This document shows positions 43,969-54,397 of a stretch of 64,000 nucleotides of DNA, piece by piece. This DNA is from Armatimonadota bacterium (GTDB lineage: Bacteria > Armatimonadota > HRBIN16). A program made the translations under genes and the position numbers. The stretch covers positions 736,001 to 800,000 of the forward strand of contig OY781964.1 of NCBI GenBank assembly GCA_963677485.1, given 5' to 3'. Under the pieces are notes generated by a model. It was given only the letters and a program-made list of their open reading frames with translations, made no database searches and was not told the DNA's origin. Position 1 is the stretch's first letter, and each line of letters begins with the position of its first letter.

Positions 43969-45525
43969 ATGCGCATTGAAAGAATCCAGCCCGCAAAACA
44001 TCACACAGAGCTCATCGGCTTCGAAGACAGCCTGCTCTTCGCTGACCGTAAAGAGAACAGCTTGATCTACACATACCAGAACCCAAAGGCGATCGTGCGC
44101 CACACCTCGCCGCCTAATCGCTATCTGTCGATGGGGCCTGGTCCGGCGAAGCTCACCCACGCGGCTCGCTACGAACGACCGGTGCTGAAGCTGCAGATAC
44201 GCCTGGTCACGGGTTCTGCGCGGGTGTTAGCCGCCATTAATGGAACCAACGGATTTACGATCACACTGCATCCCGGCCGCACCGATGTGATGCGGCTATC
44301 TGATGGGCAACAACTGGCCAGTCTACCTGCAGGCATCGGCACTGGTGAGGGGTTCGAAAAAGTGAGCGTGGGATGGGACTGTGATGCAAGCACTCTCATG
44401 GTAGGTTTACCCAGCGGCAGTTACCGTCTCTCACTGCCGAAGGGCTCCATCAAGCCGGGAGGTTTCGGCTTATCGGCCCCCAGTTCAAACGACCGGTTTG
44501 ATGTGCAGAGCATCAAGGTTGTCTGGCCAGACAACCGGCGGTGCTATTACTATGACACTTACGATAAGCTCTACAACACCGACACAGGCCGGCTGGAGCA
44601 CACCCTACCGCCACCTCAACTGCCTGAAGGCTGGACGCACTACAGCACCGTGACCATTGATGTGCTCCGCAGATACACGCTTCTGGTCTGCGGATTCAAA
44701 GACCTGGACAGCAACTATCCGGCCACTTTGAAGGAATATTGCTTAAGAGAGCTAAACACAGGAAAGTGCCAGAAGCTATCGGATGATCTGCTGAAGCTGC
44801 ACCCCGTTCAGGGAGGTGGATCGATAGAGGGGCTCTGGCTGTTGCAGAGCTGGATCAATCCCGCTAGCCTGACCTGGATCGACTGGTCTGCCTACCACAG
44901 AGGTGATATGTCCTCCTTCGCCACGCCTTGTTATCAGTCCACGCGTAACGGCACGAAGTTCGAAGGGTTTCACGACCCCACCGTCAGCCTGGATGGCAGT
45001 CTGATGCGCTATCTATACATCACCGAGACATACCGCGGAGTCAACCGGTTCGAGCCAGTGCCGGATCTGAAACATGAGGCGTCATTCCAACGCCACGAAA
45101 TCCCCCTGCCCGCTAATCCCAAACTGAGTGAGACCGGACCTGACCGTTTAATCAGCCAACTGGCGCACCGTGACCGCGACCTGGCCTGGTATGAGATATG
45201 GGCTTACGGCTCCAGCAGCCTGCACCAGCAGACGCGGGGATATAACCTGTGGACACAGCAGAACGACTTCCTGGGTCCACCCGCCACGGATTTGGTGGAT
45301 GGTCCTGCCCACACCGCTCTGGTGAACCTGGGTGTGGACCTGGTGGATCCCGGCCGCACAGCGGGTCTGAGCGCCACCTTCAACCCTACGAAGCGGTGGG
45401 ACCATCCCGGGCATCTGGTGGCCCATGGTCAGTACGTGCTACGCTACGACGCCGCCACCCGTCGCTTGCGCCTTGGCCGCATGTTCCCGCCAAGCTGCTG
45501 GCGCGTCGCGCAGTTGCTGTGGTGA
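43969..45525 (+). CDS. Hypothetical 518-aa beta-rich protein
   Basis: Long ORF with a GAGGTG ribosome-binding site; no recognised motif. Confidence 0.75.
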   Translation: MRIERIQPAKHHTELIGFEDSLLFADRKENSLIYTYQNPKAIVRHTSPPNRYLSMGPGPAKLTHAARYERPVLKLQIRLVTGSARVLAAINGTNGFTITLHPGRTDVMRLSDGQQLASLPAGIGTGEGFEKVSVGWDCDASTLMVGLPSGSYRLSLPKGSIKPGGFGLSAPSSNDRFDVQSIKVVWPDNRRCYYYDTYDKLYNTDTGRLEHTLPPPQLPEGWTHYSTVTIDVLRRYTLLVCGFKDLDSNYPATLKEYCLRELNTGKCQKLSDDLLKLHPVQGGGSIEGLWLLQSWINPASLTWIDWSAYHRGDMSSFATPCYQSTRNGTKFEGFHDPTVSLDGSLMRYLYITETYRGVNRFEPVPDLKHEASFQRHEIPLPANPKLSETGPDRLISQLAHRDRDLAWYEIWAYGSSSLHQQTRGYNLWTQQNDFLGPPATDLVDGPAHTALVNLGVDLVDPGRTAGLSATFNPTKRWDHPGHLVAHGQYVLRYDAATRRLRLGRMFPPSCWRVAQLLW

Positions 45526-45536
45526 GGGGGGGCATT

Positions 45537-45715
45537 GACCGGCGCGGGTTTTTACTACGCCGGCCGTTACCGATCAGCCGTGCGGTTCAGAAACTCACAC
45601 AGGACGCAGTTTTTGAGCGTCAGTTCTCGGAACGGTGGAGTGAAGGTGACAAAACCCACGGCAGCATGGCTGATCACCTGCGATCCACAACACAGGCACT
45701 TGGCGACGGGTTCGG
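45537..45715 (+). repeat. Structured ~180-nt element, copy B
   Basis: Homologous to 129-300; 12-bp closing stem GATCAGCCGTGC/GCATGGCTGATC. Confidence 0.7.
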
Positions 45716-45819
45716 TGGCCCGTCCGTGACTTCGTCCCGGTACGGGCACTGTCACCCATCGCTGATCATTACCGGCCCGCGTTCCGGCGTGCGATGTGAT
45801 GGGCTACCTTACCCGCACC

Positions 45820-45849
45820 CTCCGTGACCTCCGCGTCTCCGCGTGAGAT
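45820..45849. repeat. CTCCGCGT-type short tandem repeat
   Basis: CTCCGTGACCTCCGCGTCTCCGCGTGAG. Confidence 0.5.
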
Positions 45850-45866
45850 ACCCTATCGCGTTTGAT

Positions 45867-46919
45867 CTACCAGCCCCTTGCCTTGGCCTCTTCGCACAGG
45901 GCCTTGTAGGCCAGTTTGTCGGTGCCGGCTCCGGCGTAGGTTCTCAACCCGAGGCTGCTGATGAACTCGCTGAACCTCAGGTCGGTGATCCCATAGTACT
46001 GCTGAACTCCTTTCAGGCCATCTGGCGAGGTGTCGTGCAGCCAGGTGAAGTCGATGAGCGTGATCTGTTTGGCGTGCTGGTCCCAGGCTTTGAACGCCTC
46101 GCGGATGAACTGCGCCTGAAGCTTTTCGGAGCTGCCCAACGCGGGGCTGGAGGGGTAACCAAACTGATAGAAGGCGATAGGTCGTCCCGGGTAGAGCTTG
46201 CAGATAGTGTTGAACAGGTTGCTCACCACCTGAGGCTTCTGCACGGAGAAGTCGTCATTCAGCGGGTAATGCGACACGGCCACCAGGTCGGCCAGCTTGT
46301 TTACTGCCGCGGCTTCTGCCCGCATCGGACCAGTAATGCCGTTGTAGGTCATCTCTGCTGTTACCTTTAACCCTGGCCTGAGCTGCTTTGCCCGGAGTGA
46401 GCTTTTCGCGAAAAACACGCGGAAGCTCTTCCAGAGCGCCTTATCCTTGCCCAGGTAGACATCCGATTCAGATCCGATGGAGAGGGCACTGATCTTCACT
46501 TTGGGAGCAGCCCGGAAGATACTCTCCAGCAGCTTCCCAAATCGTGCGATCACCACAGGGTCGTCCAGCTTCCGCCCTTGCAGGTCTTCGGGCAGACGGA
46601 TGCGGTTGGTGTGGACGGGGCGGATGGTCAGGGTCAAGGTCACGCCTGCTGCGGAGTAATATGTGTTCGCGATCTCTATCCACATCAGGTCATACTTGCC
46701 CGGGGATGTCTCCAGATCCGCCCAGTCGAGTGACAACCCGATGTCCTGCATACCCGCCTTGCGCGCCATCGCGAAGGCCGCGTTGAAGTCGTTGTTTTGG
46801 GCGGTTCCCACGTCCACGCCCAGTATCCGCGTGCCCCTCGGCACCACCGCAGCCCACGATACTAAAGAGCACACCAGCAGCGCGGCTATCATTGCCGATT
46901 TCCGTATTTGAATGGCCAT
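45867..46919 (-). CDS. Secreted clan GH-A-like TIM-barrel protein
   Basis: Signal peptide, W..LE..PGKYD, IGSE, SHYP, QFGYPS. Confidence 0.7.
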   Translation of the reverse strand: MAIQIRKSAMIAALLVCSLVSWAAVVPRGTRILGVDVGTAQNNDFNAAFAMARKAGMQDIGLSLDWADLETSPGKYDLMWIEIANTYYSAAGVTLTLTIRPVHTNRIRLPEDLQGRKLDDPVVIARFGKLLESIFRAAPKVKISALSIGSESDVYLGKDKALWKSFRVFFAKSSLRAKQLRPGLKVTAEMTYNGITGPMRAEAAAVNKLADLVAVSHYPLNDDFSVQKPQVVSNLFNTICKLYPGRPIAFYQFGYPSSPALGSSEKLQAQFIREAFKAWDQHAKQITLIDFTWLHDTSPDGLKGVQQYYGITDLRFSEFISSLGLRTYAGAGTDKLAYKALCEEAKARGW

Positions 46920-47007
46920 TAGCGGGCCTCCTGAGGCAGGTTGATAGATGAACCTATAACCACATTGTGAGTGATAAACAAGGGCTCGTCAATGACATTG
47001 GACGATA

Positions 47008-47553
47008 CTATCCAGGTATTCGTTCAAGTTCCGCAATCGACCGTCTGAGCGACGGTGGGCAGTTAACTGTGGCTTGGTCTGACAGTGACCCCAGCCTACG
47101 ACCTGCATCGCGTACCTGATCGTCAGTAACCCTTATCTTGTAGTCATCTTCTTCCGAAACGGGGGTACCGTCATTGACCAGGTGATATACCCATGTCTCA
47201 GTATTACGCTTAGGAATTACAACGCAAACTGGATCATCGACATTAACCGCCTCTGATCCTAGTGGTGCATTCAACTGGCGCAAGCGCTCATCAACCGTCA
47301 GAGTATCTGCGTCAATATGCACCAGCAACCATCTAGTTGATGAGCAATTCTGGGTTTTATATCTCCTGATGTCGCGAACCTGAACGGGATATACGTCACG
47401 TACACGTTTTTCGCCACTCCCTCCTGAACTTCTGGCGCACTGTTCGAAACGAATCTTGTGTGAGTTATAGCCTCGTTTTGCCAGGTAACTCTTCAAGAAC
47501 TGGTAATCCCGTCCACCTTCGTATAGCACAACGATACTCACTTTTTGCTTCAA
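47008..47553 (-). CDS. TOPRIM-like nuclease partner (DUF4276/RloB-like)
   Basis: VLYEGGRD, VHIDAD, P.RNTETW; TTGA overlap with the ATPase stop. Confidence 0.65.
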   Translation of the reverse strand: MKQKVSIVVLYEGGRDYQFLKSYLAKRGYNSHKIRFEQCARSSGGSGEKRVRDVYPVQVRDIRRYKTQNCSSTRWLLVHIDADTLTVDERLRQLNAPLGSEAVNVDDPVCVVIPKRNTETWVYHLVNDGTPVSEEDDYKIRVTDDQVRDAGRRLGSLSDQATVNCPPSLRRSIAELERIPG

Positions 47554-48659
47554 TCAATATCACCCCGCGCAACTATATCTGATGGTAACAACCCACCTGT
47601 TCTCTCAAACCTGCTAACCCTTACTTGAGCTCCATTCGACCGAGCGAAAACATAACCATTTAATTCCGCTATCAGGTTCATGATTTCAGGATGATGGGAG
47701 ATGATGAGTGCCTGCGATCCAGCATCACGAACAGCTTGTTCGAGCTCCATCACCCAAGGTTGCACCTCAGAAAGTGCCAAGTAGTTATCAGGTTCGTCGA
47801 AACAGACCGTCGTTCCTGCGCGTCCGAGCACATGCAACAGAGCATAAAGAGCAACCAGGCATCGCTCACCATCTGACATATCGGAGAAATCGAAGGTCAA
47901 GTATGTTGGTTTGGCATCAGAATTTACAGTTACAGATCTCTTTATGTATAGGCGATACGCCTCTCCAAAAGGTTCTAGTTGTAGTCCCTCGAAACCGTTC
48001 ATGGTTTCCTTTAGGGCCTCATACAGTTGAATTGTAGAACTCATGTCAGTAGCGATATGGCCGCGGTACCATCCGACGAAATTACGTCCGTAAATATCAA
48101 GGTCCTTATCGATATCGCTACCAGTTGGCTGCATAATCTGAGGAGTTAGTCGTACAAAGAGCAGCCTGTTCTGGAACCACTCCTTCAACCATGTCACACG
48201 TGTGTTGTCATCCCTGTTGCCCAAGAACGGCAGTCCAGATTGGGTCCAGTCCTTGCTAAAGGCAGCACCGGCCGAAAAGTCATCTCGGAACAACTGAACA
48301 TCCGCCAAATGCGAGTCGTATAAGGTCTTGCCGTCGTACAACACAGTCTCTTTCAGAACGCGTTGCTTCACAGCTGTGTCTTGGTGCTGTATTTCCAGTT
48401 TATAGGTATACATACCACCATTTCCCATTATGTCGAGTTCGAATGTCTGGACATCAACCTTCTGCCATCGCGTAAGTGTTGATCCAGCAAAAATCCCAAC
48501 AGGCGATTTTCCGTTCACAAAAAACTGTATGTCCCGAAGGGCCTCATAAAGTGTTGATTTTCCGCTGCCATTACTTCCCATAATGAGGCTAACATCATCA
48601 GGTTTCCACTCGAAGTTGACAAGACATTTATAGTTGTCTATGTATATTCGTTTGATCAT
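47550..48659 (-). CDS. Soluble ABC-type ATPase (AAA_15/AAA_21 like)
   Basis: GSNGSGKS, MSDGE, FDEPDNYL, ISHHP; no permease nearby. Confidence 0.9.
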   Translation of the reverse strand: MIKRIYIDNYKCLVNFEWKPDDVSLIMGSNGSGKSTLYEALRDIQFFVNGKSPVGIFAGSTLTRWQKVDVQTFELDIMGNGGMYTYKLEIQHQDTAVKQRVLKETVLYDGKTLYDSHLADVQLFRDDFSAGAAFSKDWTQSGLPFLGNRDDNTRVTWLKEWFQNRLLFVRLTPQIMQPTGSDIDKDLDIYGRNFVGWYRGHIATDMSSTIQLYEALKETMNGFEGLQLEPFGEAYRLYIKRSVTVNSDAKPTYLTFDFSDMSDGERCLVALYALLHVLGRAGTTVCFDEPDNYLALSEVQPWVMELEQAVRDAGSQALIISHHPEIMNLIAELNGYVFARSNGAQVRVSRFERTGGLLPSDIVARGDID

Positions 48660-48920
48660 TTAGAACCTCCGTTTGACTTCGTCGCAGTCACCGCATCACG
48701 AAATTGCATGATGGTATTATTGTATCATTGCCGTATGTTTAACTCACGGGTAACGCCCGCGGCTGGAATCATGCTCATTCACAGCGTTCTGCTATGCTGT
48801 TACAGCATGACGCGGGATAGCCACCAATATTGCCAGGTCATCACCTCATCCATACCCACAAAGACCGCGCGCATGTGGTAGGATATCATTACAATGTCAC
48901 GCATGGAGGACGATACCACT

Positions 48921-49808
48921 ATGATTCCTGGTCGCACACCCGCGACGCATGCCACAACCCCTGAGTGCCTGGAGAAGACACTCTACACCCTGGCAGGAAC
49001 AATTCAAGGTGTCTGCATTGACGGAGTTGTGAATGAACTGGAGTGGATTCACCTCGAATGCTGGCTTGATGAGCTTCGCGGTAATGAGCACCTTCACCCA
49101 TTTACAGAGTTGGTGCCTGTGTTGACGGAGGCATGTGCCTCGCGCCAGCTTTCGCACCACTATCTGCTGGATATACTGTGGCTCTGCGAACAGATGAGTG
49201 ACCCACAATATACCACCCAGATACAACATGACCTGCGTTTGCTAGAAGGCATCCTCGGAGGTATCTCCGCCGACCTAAGGATCAATGATCTGGAACTCAG
49301 CGGACTGCGCGGATGGCTTCATGACCACGTCCACCTGCACAACTGCTGGCCCTATGATCGTGTCGACCAAATCATCGAGCGTGCGATGCTTGACGGAAAA
49401 CTTGATACTGATGAGCATGACTTCCTGGTCGATTGCTTCGCGCAAATCGCTGCGAACAGCAACAGCTCCACCGGTTTGATCAGTACCTCGCCATTGGTGC
49501 TAGTGAATGATGTCTGCGCCGTCAACCCTGAAATAGTCATCGCTCAACAACGCTTCTGCTTCACGGGACACGGTGAAAAGCAGTCACACCAAACTCTAGC
49601 ACAAGCAGTCAAAGACCGACACGGGATTGTGTGCCACTCAGTTTCTGAGGAACTGGATTACCTGGTGGTGTGCGCTAACCGCAACATGGGCTGGAAATAC
49701 CATTGTTTCGGTCGTAAAGTTGGAGATGCCATCGAGATGCAAAAACACTCTGGCAAACTTCAGATAGTCCATGAAAGCGACCTCCAGGCCGCCATAGATG
49801 GAGATTGA
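48921..49808 (+). CDS. TerB-like repeat plus BRCT domain protein
   Basis: Repeated G...D..I/VN..E...L..WL; C-terminal FCFTG...DYLVV...GRK...A. GGAGG ribosome-binding site before 48921. Confidence 0.75.
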   Translation: MIPGRTPATHATTPECLEKTLYTLAGTIQGVCIDGVVNELEWIHLECWLDELRGNEHLHPFTELVPVLTEACASRQLSHHYLLDILWLCEQMSDPQYTTQIQHDLRLLEGILGGISADLRINDLELSGLRGWLHDHVHLHNCWPYDRVDQIIERAMLDGKLDTDEHDFLVDCFAQIAANSNSSTGLISTSPLVLVNDVCAVNPEIVIAQQRFCFTGHGEKQSHQTLAQAVKDRHGIVCHSVSEELDYLVVCANRNMGWKYHCFGRKVGDAIEMQKHSGKLQIVHESDLQAAIDGD

Positions 49809-49829
49809 TACAGTGGCCTCCCATCTTCC

Positions 49830-52238
49830 TCACCTCAGCACGCGGTAGCGGCACAGCAGGCTTCCAGGGCGGGTCTCAATGCTCAAGCGCAGTGCCTCCA
49901 TCTGCTCACCCGTCACCGTACTGGTACGCTGACCCTCCAGCTTCAACTCATATCGCTGTTTGGGTTTCGTCTGGTGCAGCGAAAGCTCCATACTCACGAT
50001 CTGGCTCTCAGGTCGGCGCAAGCAGATCACAATCCCATCACCCGTCTCAGGCCGATGGAACTGCCAGGCGACCCACTGATCTTCCTCGGTGTGGTATGTT
50101 GTCAGCGGGTAGAAGTCAGCCTTTGCGTACTCAGACAGCTGCGTATACTCAGCCAAATAGCGTTTCGCCCAGTCCGCACGGAAGCCCGATGTGGGATACG
50201 GCCCCTGTTGCGGCTGGCGAGCATCCCAACCAAGGCAGAGCGCGCCGCTGAACTGGCTGCGCAACGCGTATGGCTCCTCATCAAGTGCCAGCAGTGGCGT
50301 ATTCAGAAAGCCACCTGGCAGGAACAGGTTCATGCCCGACACGTGGTTCTGGTTTGACGATAATTCGCCATACAGATCACTTTTCCAGTACAGATGGTTG
50401 CGCCGCATGGTCTCAATGTCAATCCGTCGACCACCGCTGGCACAGCCCTCAAACAGCACCTGCGGATATTTGCTTCGCAACTCGTCCAGCACGCGATAAA
50501 GCCCTTCGATGTAGCGTATCTCGGTCAGGCCTTCACGGCCCGGTTTGTCTAAATGCTGCCAATAAGGAAGTGGGTCGAAATTGAAGTCATGCCGGAAGTA
50601 GCTTAGCCCATTCTCCTCTATCAAGCCGCTCACCAACTCGATGAACCACTGCTGCACATCAGCGAGGCCCAGATTGACCATGCGGTGCGGTGAATCCCCA
50701 AGCGTCACCATCCATTCGGGATGCTCACGCTCCAGTTTCGACCCGGCGAACGCCCTTTCGGGCTCCAGCCACAATCCAAGCCCCATGTTCTGCTGCTTCA
50801 GTTGGCGGGACACCGGACCAAGTCCGTGCGGGAAGCTGTCTTTGCGGACAATCCAGTCGCCTACACTGCTTACCCAATCGGCTCCGCCATACCATCCAGC
50901 ATCAATCACAAGGTAATCAATCCCTATCGATTGGTAGCTCTTGGCGATGTCCAACTGATTTTGCTCAGTCGCCTTACCGCCATCATCACCAACAGGGAAC
51001 CAGGTGTTCACCTGCGCCGGCACGGGGCTCTTGGTCTTGATCGGGGCAGGCATGATGCACTCCGCCAGCAGTCTTCGGAAGCGGTTGTGGGCGCGATACC
51101 GGTCGGCGTCTTGCCAGAACATCACCAGCGCAGAAGGTGTGCGGAAGCTCTCACCGGGCCGGAGGGCGATACGGCAATCCTGCTGACCCGCCTGAAGCTG
51201 TACCATGTTGTTCTGGACCCGGCACACCTGAGCCTGCCATTGCCCTGACCACCCCACGGCCGCAAAAATACCACCGGAGCCCATTTGAAGGTTGAACATC
51301 GGCAGCACGCCATTGCTGCTTCGGCCCCCATTAGGTGCTAAAGTCTGCTTTTGATCGGGCTTTAACTGGATTGAATAGGGATGGTAGTCATCAGCTTCCG
51401 CCACTCCCCCTTTGCACCAGTGCAGCTCAGGGGTACCGCTGTAGCGCATCTGCATATGCAGGGGGTGGACAGAACAGAGAACAGGTAGATCGGCTGAGCC
51501 TGTGTTGGTAAATCGCAGAACCCATTCCGCAGCCTGGTGCGCGTGATATTGCGTGAGCTGGCAGCTTATCTCCAGGCCGGTCTTAGCATCGTGGAATGTG
51601 ATGGTCTGCGTCTGGCCAAGCCCAGTAGAGCTCATCGGCGATACCGACCGTTCGCTCCTGGCGAGGATATCTCGGCTAGACACATCACCTAAGATAAATT
51701 CAAACGGCAGAACCTGCTCCGGGGCAAACTGCTCCAGAAGATCGTCGAGCCATATAACTGATCCATCGGTCATGATGATCCTGGCATCAGCCCAGATCGC
51801 CTGATCGTAAGCGCGGCCATCGCCCCCATCACTGACTGTTAATAACACTTCTTTAGCGGACGACACAGGGATATCAAGCGACAGAGGCACGGAGGGTGAT
51901 TTCATGACGGAGGTACGCAGCCGCTCGTTCCCGTCAACTCGCACGTTGAACTGCACTGAGGCAACGGTACCCCGCACATTATCGTCCAGCCCAATCACAG
52001 CCTGCAACCGCGCCGCCCCTTCAGGCAGGGTAAGTTGAAGCTCGGAATGACTGTTCACGCCGATACCGCGTTTGTAGGTGACCCCGTTGATTCGCAACGG
52101 GCCGCCAGCAGCTCCAGCGTTAGCCTTCGTTTCCCCCACACCATCTTCATGGCGGATCACTAGCAAAGGCACGGAACCGATGGTGTCGCCCATAAATGCC
52201 GCCGCCACCCATTGGTTACAGTAATCTGGACTGACCAT
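49830..52238 (-). CDS. GH36 alpha-galactosidase with an N-terminal NPCBM-like domain
   Basis: YKRGIG...GLDD (NPCBM), GWSGQW, IDAGWY, RHDFN, CASGGRR.D, WKSD. Confidence 0.88.
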   Translation of the reverse strand: MVSPDYCNQWVAAAFMGDTIGSVPLLVIRHEDGVGETKANAGAAGGPLRINGVTYKRGIGVNSHSELQLTLPEGAARLQAVIGLDDNVRGTVASVQFNVRVDGNERLRTSVMKSPSVPLSLDIPVSSAKEVLLTVSDGGDGRAYDQAIWADARIIMTDGSVIWLDDLLEQFAPEQVLPFEFILGDVSSRDILARSERSVSPMSSTGLGQTQTITFHDAKTGLEISCQLTQYHAHQAAEWVLRFTNTGSADLPVLCSVHPLHMQMRYSGTPELHWCKGGVAEADDYHPYSIQLKPDQKQTLAPNGGRSSNGVLPMFNLQMGSGGIFAAVGWSGQWQAQVCRVQNNMVQLQAGQQDCRIALRPGESFRTPSALVMFWQDADRYRAHNRFRRLLAECIMPAPIKTKSPVPAQVNTWFPVGDDGGKATEQNQLDIAKSYQSIGIDYLVIDAGWYGGADWVSSVGDWIVRKDSFPHGLGPVSRQLKQQNMGLGLWLEPERAFAGSKLEREHPEWMVTLGDSPHRMVNLGLADVQQWFIELVSGLIEENGLSYFRHDFNFDPLPYWQHLDKPGREGLTEIRYIEGLYRVLDELRSKYPQVLFEGCASGGRRIDIETMRRNHLYWKSDLYGELSSNQNHVSGMNLFLPGGFLNTPLLALDEEPYALRSQFSGALCLGWDARQPQQGPYPTSGFRADWAKRYLAEYTQLSEYAKADFYPLTTYHTEEDQWVAWQFHRPETGDGIVICLRRPESQIVSMELSLHQTKPKQRYELKLEGQRTSTVTGEQMEALRLSIETRPGSLLCRYRVLR

Positions 52239-52353
52239 CTCATCACCCCCGCTGAAAGCTGCTCGACTACTCTATCTATCTCCGATTGTGAAGCGTATTA
52301 CGCCCCAATACATCTATATCTACCACATATCTGCATGAATTTGCGCGGTATCT

Positions 52354-54321
52354 TTATGCCGTCAGGCAGCCGATGCGCAAACTATGCGGCGGTTGCTGCT
52401 TCACCGTCAAACGCCCATTCGCATATTCGACGGCCTCGCTATCTAACCGCCAGGAGATATCGGCAGATAATCCGATATCGGCCAGTGATACCGTGATATC
52501 ACTCGCCTCTTCACTCCAGTTATAGATACCTACCGTGTGCCGCATCTCATCATCGCAGATCGTGCTCACCCGGTAAGCACGCACATTTTGGTTGCCATCC
52601 CAACATATGCGATAATCGTATGGCTTGTGTGTGCCGATCTGCTGCCAGAAGTCCAGCACCACACTCTTCGATTCATCTGACCATTGCGAAGGAAAATCCA
52701 AGGTTAGGAACATCCCGCCAAACAGCCCGATGGTGCCGGTCAGCAGCGAACTCTCCTCAAAGCTCAACGATGAGTTTTCCGATCTCATCATGAACACATC
52801 GGGATCACCTTGCCACCACACTCCATGCGTGCAGGACCAAACCAACCACGCCCTGACTGTCTGCATCACCGCACCCCAGGAAGAGCCGATATCGCCACCC
52901 AGCCGCGCAAAGTCGGCGTTGCCCAGGGCGTATCGTCCAGGGATGCCGATACACGCAGACAGCAGGATGTCGTCTCCCAGGCAAGCACGCATCAGCGCGT
53001 ACAGCTCCTTGAGGGTCTCAAAGGAGGTCTTCTTGCGATCCCAGGCCTTGCGGGCCGTGCTGACAGGGTAGGTGAAGTCCAGTTTGAAATACCGCCAACC
53101 TTGGGCCACATAATCATTCAGTATGTCGGCGATGAATCTCTTCACCTCGGGATGATCTGGCTCCATGACGAAAGTCTTGCCCCAGTTGGAAAAGTAGATC
53201 GCAGGATCATCACCTACGCGCTGTATCCAGTCGGGATGATTTTGAACCATCGGATGGGCCTCATGTACCATGGTCGGCGCCAGCCAGATGCCAGGGATGG
53301 AACCAGTGCGTGCGATATCACCGGGCAGATCAGTCCAGGTTTCCGCAAACCGCTCGTTGGGCAGCCAGTTGCCCGGGCTGACTTGAAAGCCATCGTCAAT
53401 CTGGATGGTCCGGCCCCCCATTGAAGTCGGCCAACCGGCAAACTCATTCGCCGCCCGCAGTATCTCATCGGGAGTGATCCCATTGTATGTTTGGTACCAT
53501 GAGCAATATCCGGTGAGGGGTGGCCTCAGCTCACTCACATCCGCAGCTTCAGCACAGCACCTCGCCCACAGCTTTAACCCCTGCTGCCAGTCACCATACC
53601 ACATGATCGCACTTTCCATGCGGCGCTCTTCACCAGGCTCAATCACAATGTTGTCCAACAATACCCCGACGTAGAAATCGGGCTTCTCACCCGCGGCGTG
53701 ATACCCGATCTCACCAAACGCGGTGCCCGGCCCGGTGAAGCCAATCCCCCAACCCGCGCTGTGCCAGTCCGGGATGAACGCGGCGACATCCTTTGAGACG
53801 GCCCATCCTGGCGAATCATGGATGGTATCCGGCAACCTGGGCCACTGCACGCCCATGCTCATCCAAAGGTCCTCGACCGTCTTCCTGTATGGCGCGATTA
53901 CGTCACCATGGTGACGCAGAATCGGCTTTTCGGTCGGCCCCTCAAGTCCTAGAAATCCCATCTCATTTGGCAGTTCACCCGTCAGATAGCAGAACCGCGC
54001 CAGCTCCACTGCGCGTGTTTCGTGGCTGGTGAGTGTTCCTGACATCCGCAGCACTCCCGGGTTAGCAGACCAAGAGAATGTGATCATGGCGGTGAACGAA
54101 CCCAACTGAGCCTGCGTGCACAGACTGTCTGCGTGCGGTTCTACGGCATTCAGCGTCTCTGCCACGGTGTATTGCCAAGCTTCATCACCGGCATATCGCC
54201 AGTATAAAGCTGGCTTGCAGTTCTCTAGGGCAGCAATGTGATCTGCCTTGATGCTTAGCGTGTTGCTTGCCACCTCGCAGGATACAGGTACAAACGGAAT
54301 ATGTATTATGGAATGGTGCAT
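52354..54321 (-). CDS. GH36/GH27-clan alpha-galactosidase
   Basis: GYCSWY, QIDDGFQ, GIWLAP, FKLDF, ARLGGD, DPD. Confidence 0.85.
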   Translation of the reverse strand: MHHSIIHIPFVPVSCEVASNTLSIKADHIAALENCKPALYWRYAGDEAWQYTVAETLNAVEPHADSLCTQAQLGSFTAMITFSWSANPGVLRMSGTLTSHETRAVELARFCYLTGELPNEMGFLGLEGPTEKPILRHHGDVIAPYRKTVEDLWMSMGVQWPRLPDTIHDSPGWAVSKDVAAFIPDWHSAGWGIGFTGPGTAFGEIGYHAAGEKPDFYVGVLLDNIVIEPGEERRMESAIMWYGDWQQGLKLWARCCAEAADVSELRPPLTGYCSWYQTYNGITPDEILRAANEFAGWPTSMGGRTIQIDDGFQVSPGNWLPNERFAETWTDLPGDIARTGSIPGIWLAPTMVHEAHPMVQNHPDWIQRVGDDPAIYFSNWGKTFVMEPDHPEVKRFIADILNDYVAQGWRYFKLDFTYPVSTARKAWDRKKTSFETLKELYALMRACLGDDILLSACIGIPGRYALGNADFARLGGDIGSSWGAVMQTVRAWLVWSCTHGVWWQGDPDVFMMRSENSSLSFEESSLLTGTIGLFGGMFLTLDFPSQWSDESKSVVLDFWQQIGTHKPYDYRICWDGNQNVRAYRVSTICDDEMRHTVGIYNWSEEASDITVSLADIGLSADISWRLDSEAVEYANGRLTVKQQPPHSLRIGCLTA

Positions 54322-54397
54322 TAGTTTCTCCTGACGTGTTTCACATTCGGAAATTGATGGCGAAGTTGGTGATCAATTCCGTGGATGCCTTAAATCG

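Noticed and set aside
45535-45729. 64-aa ORF similar to ORF 102-368 (SVSSRN...VTKP.A.WL)
   Set aside because: The similarity comes from the DNA repeat. The frame is broken by an indel between copies, so coding is unsupported, though not excluded.
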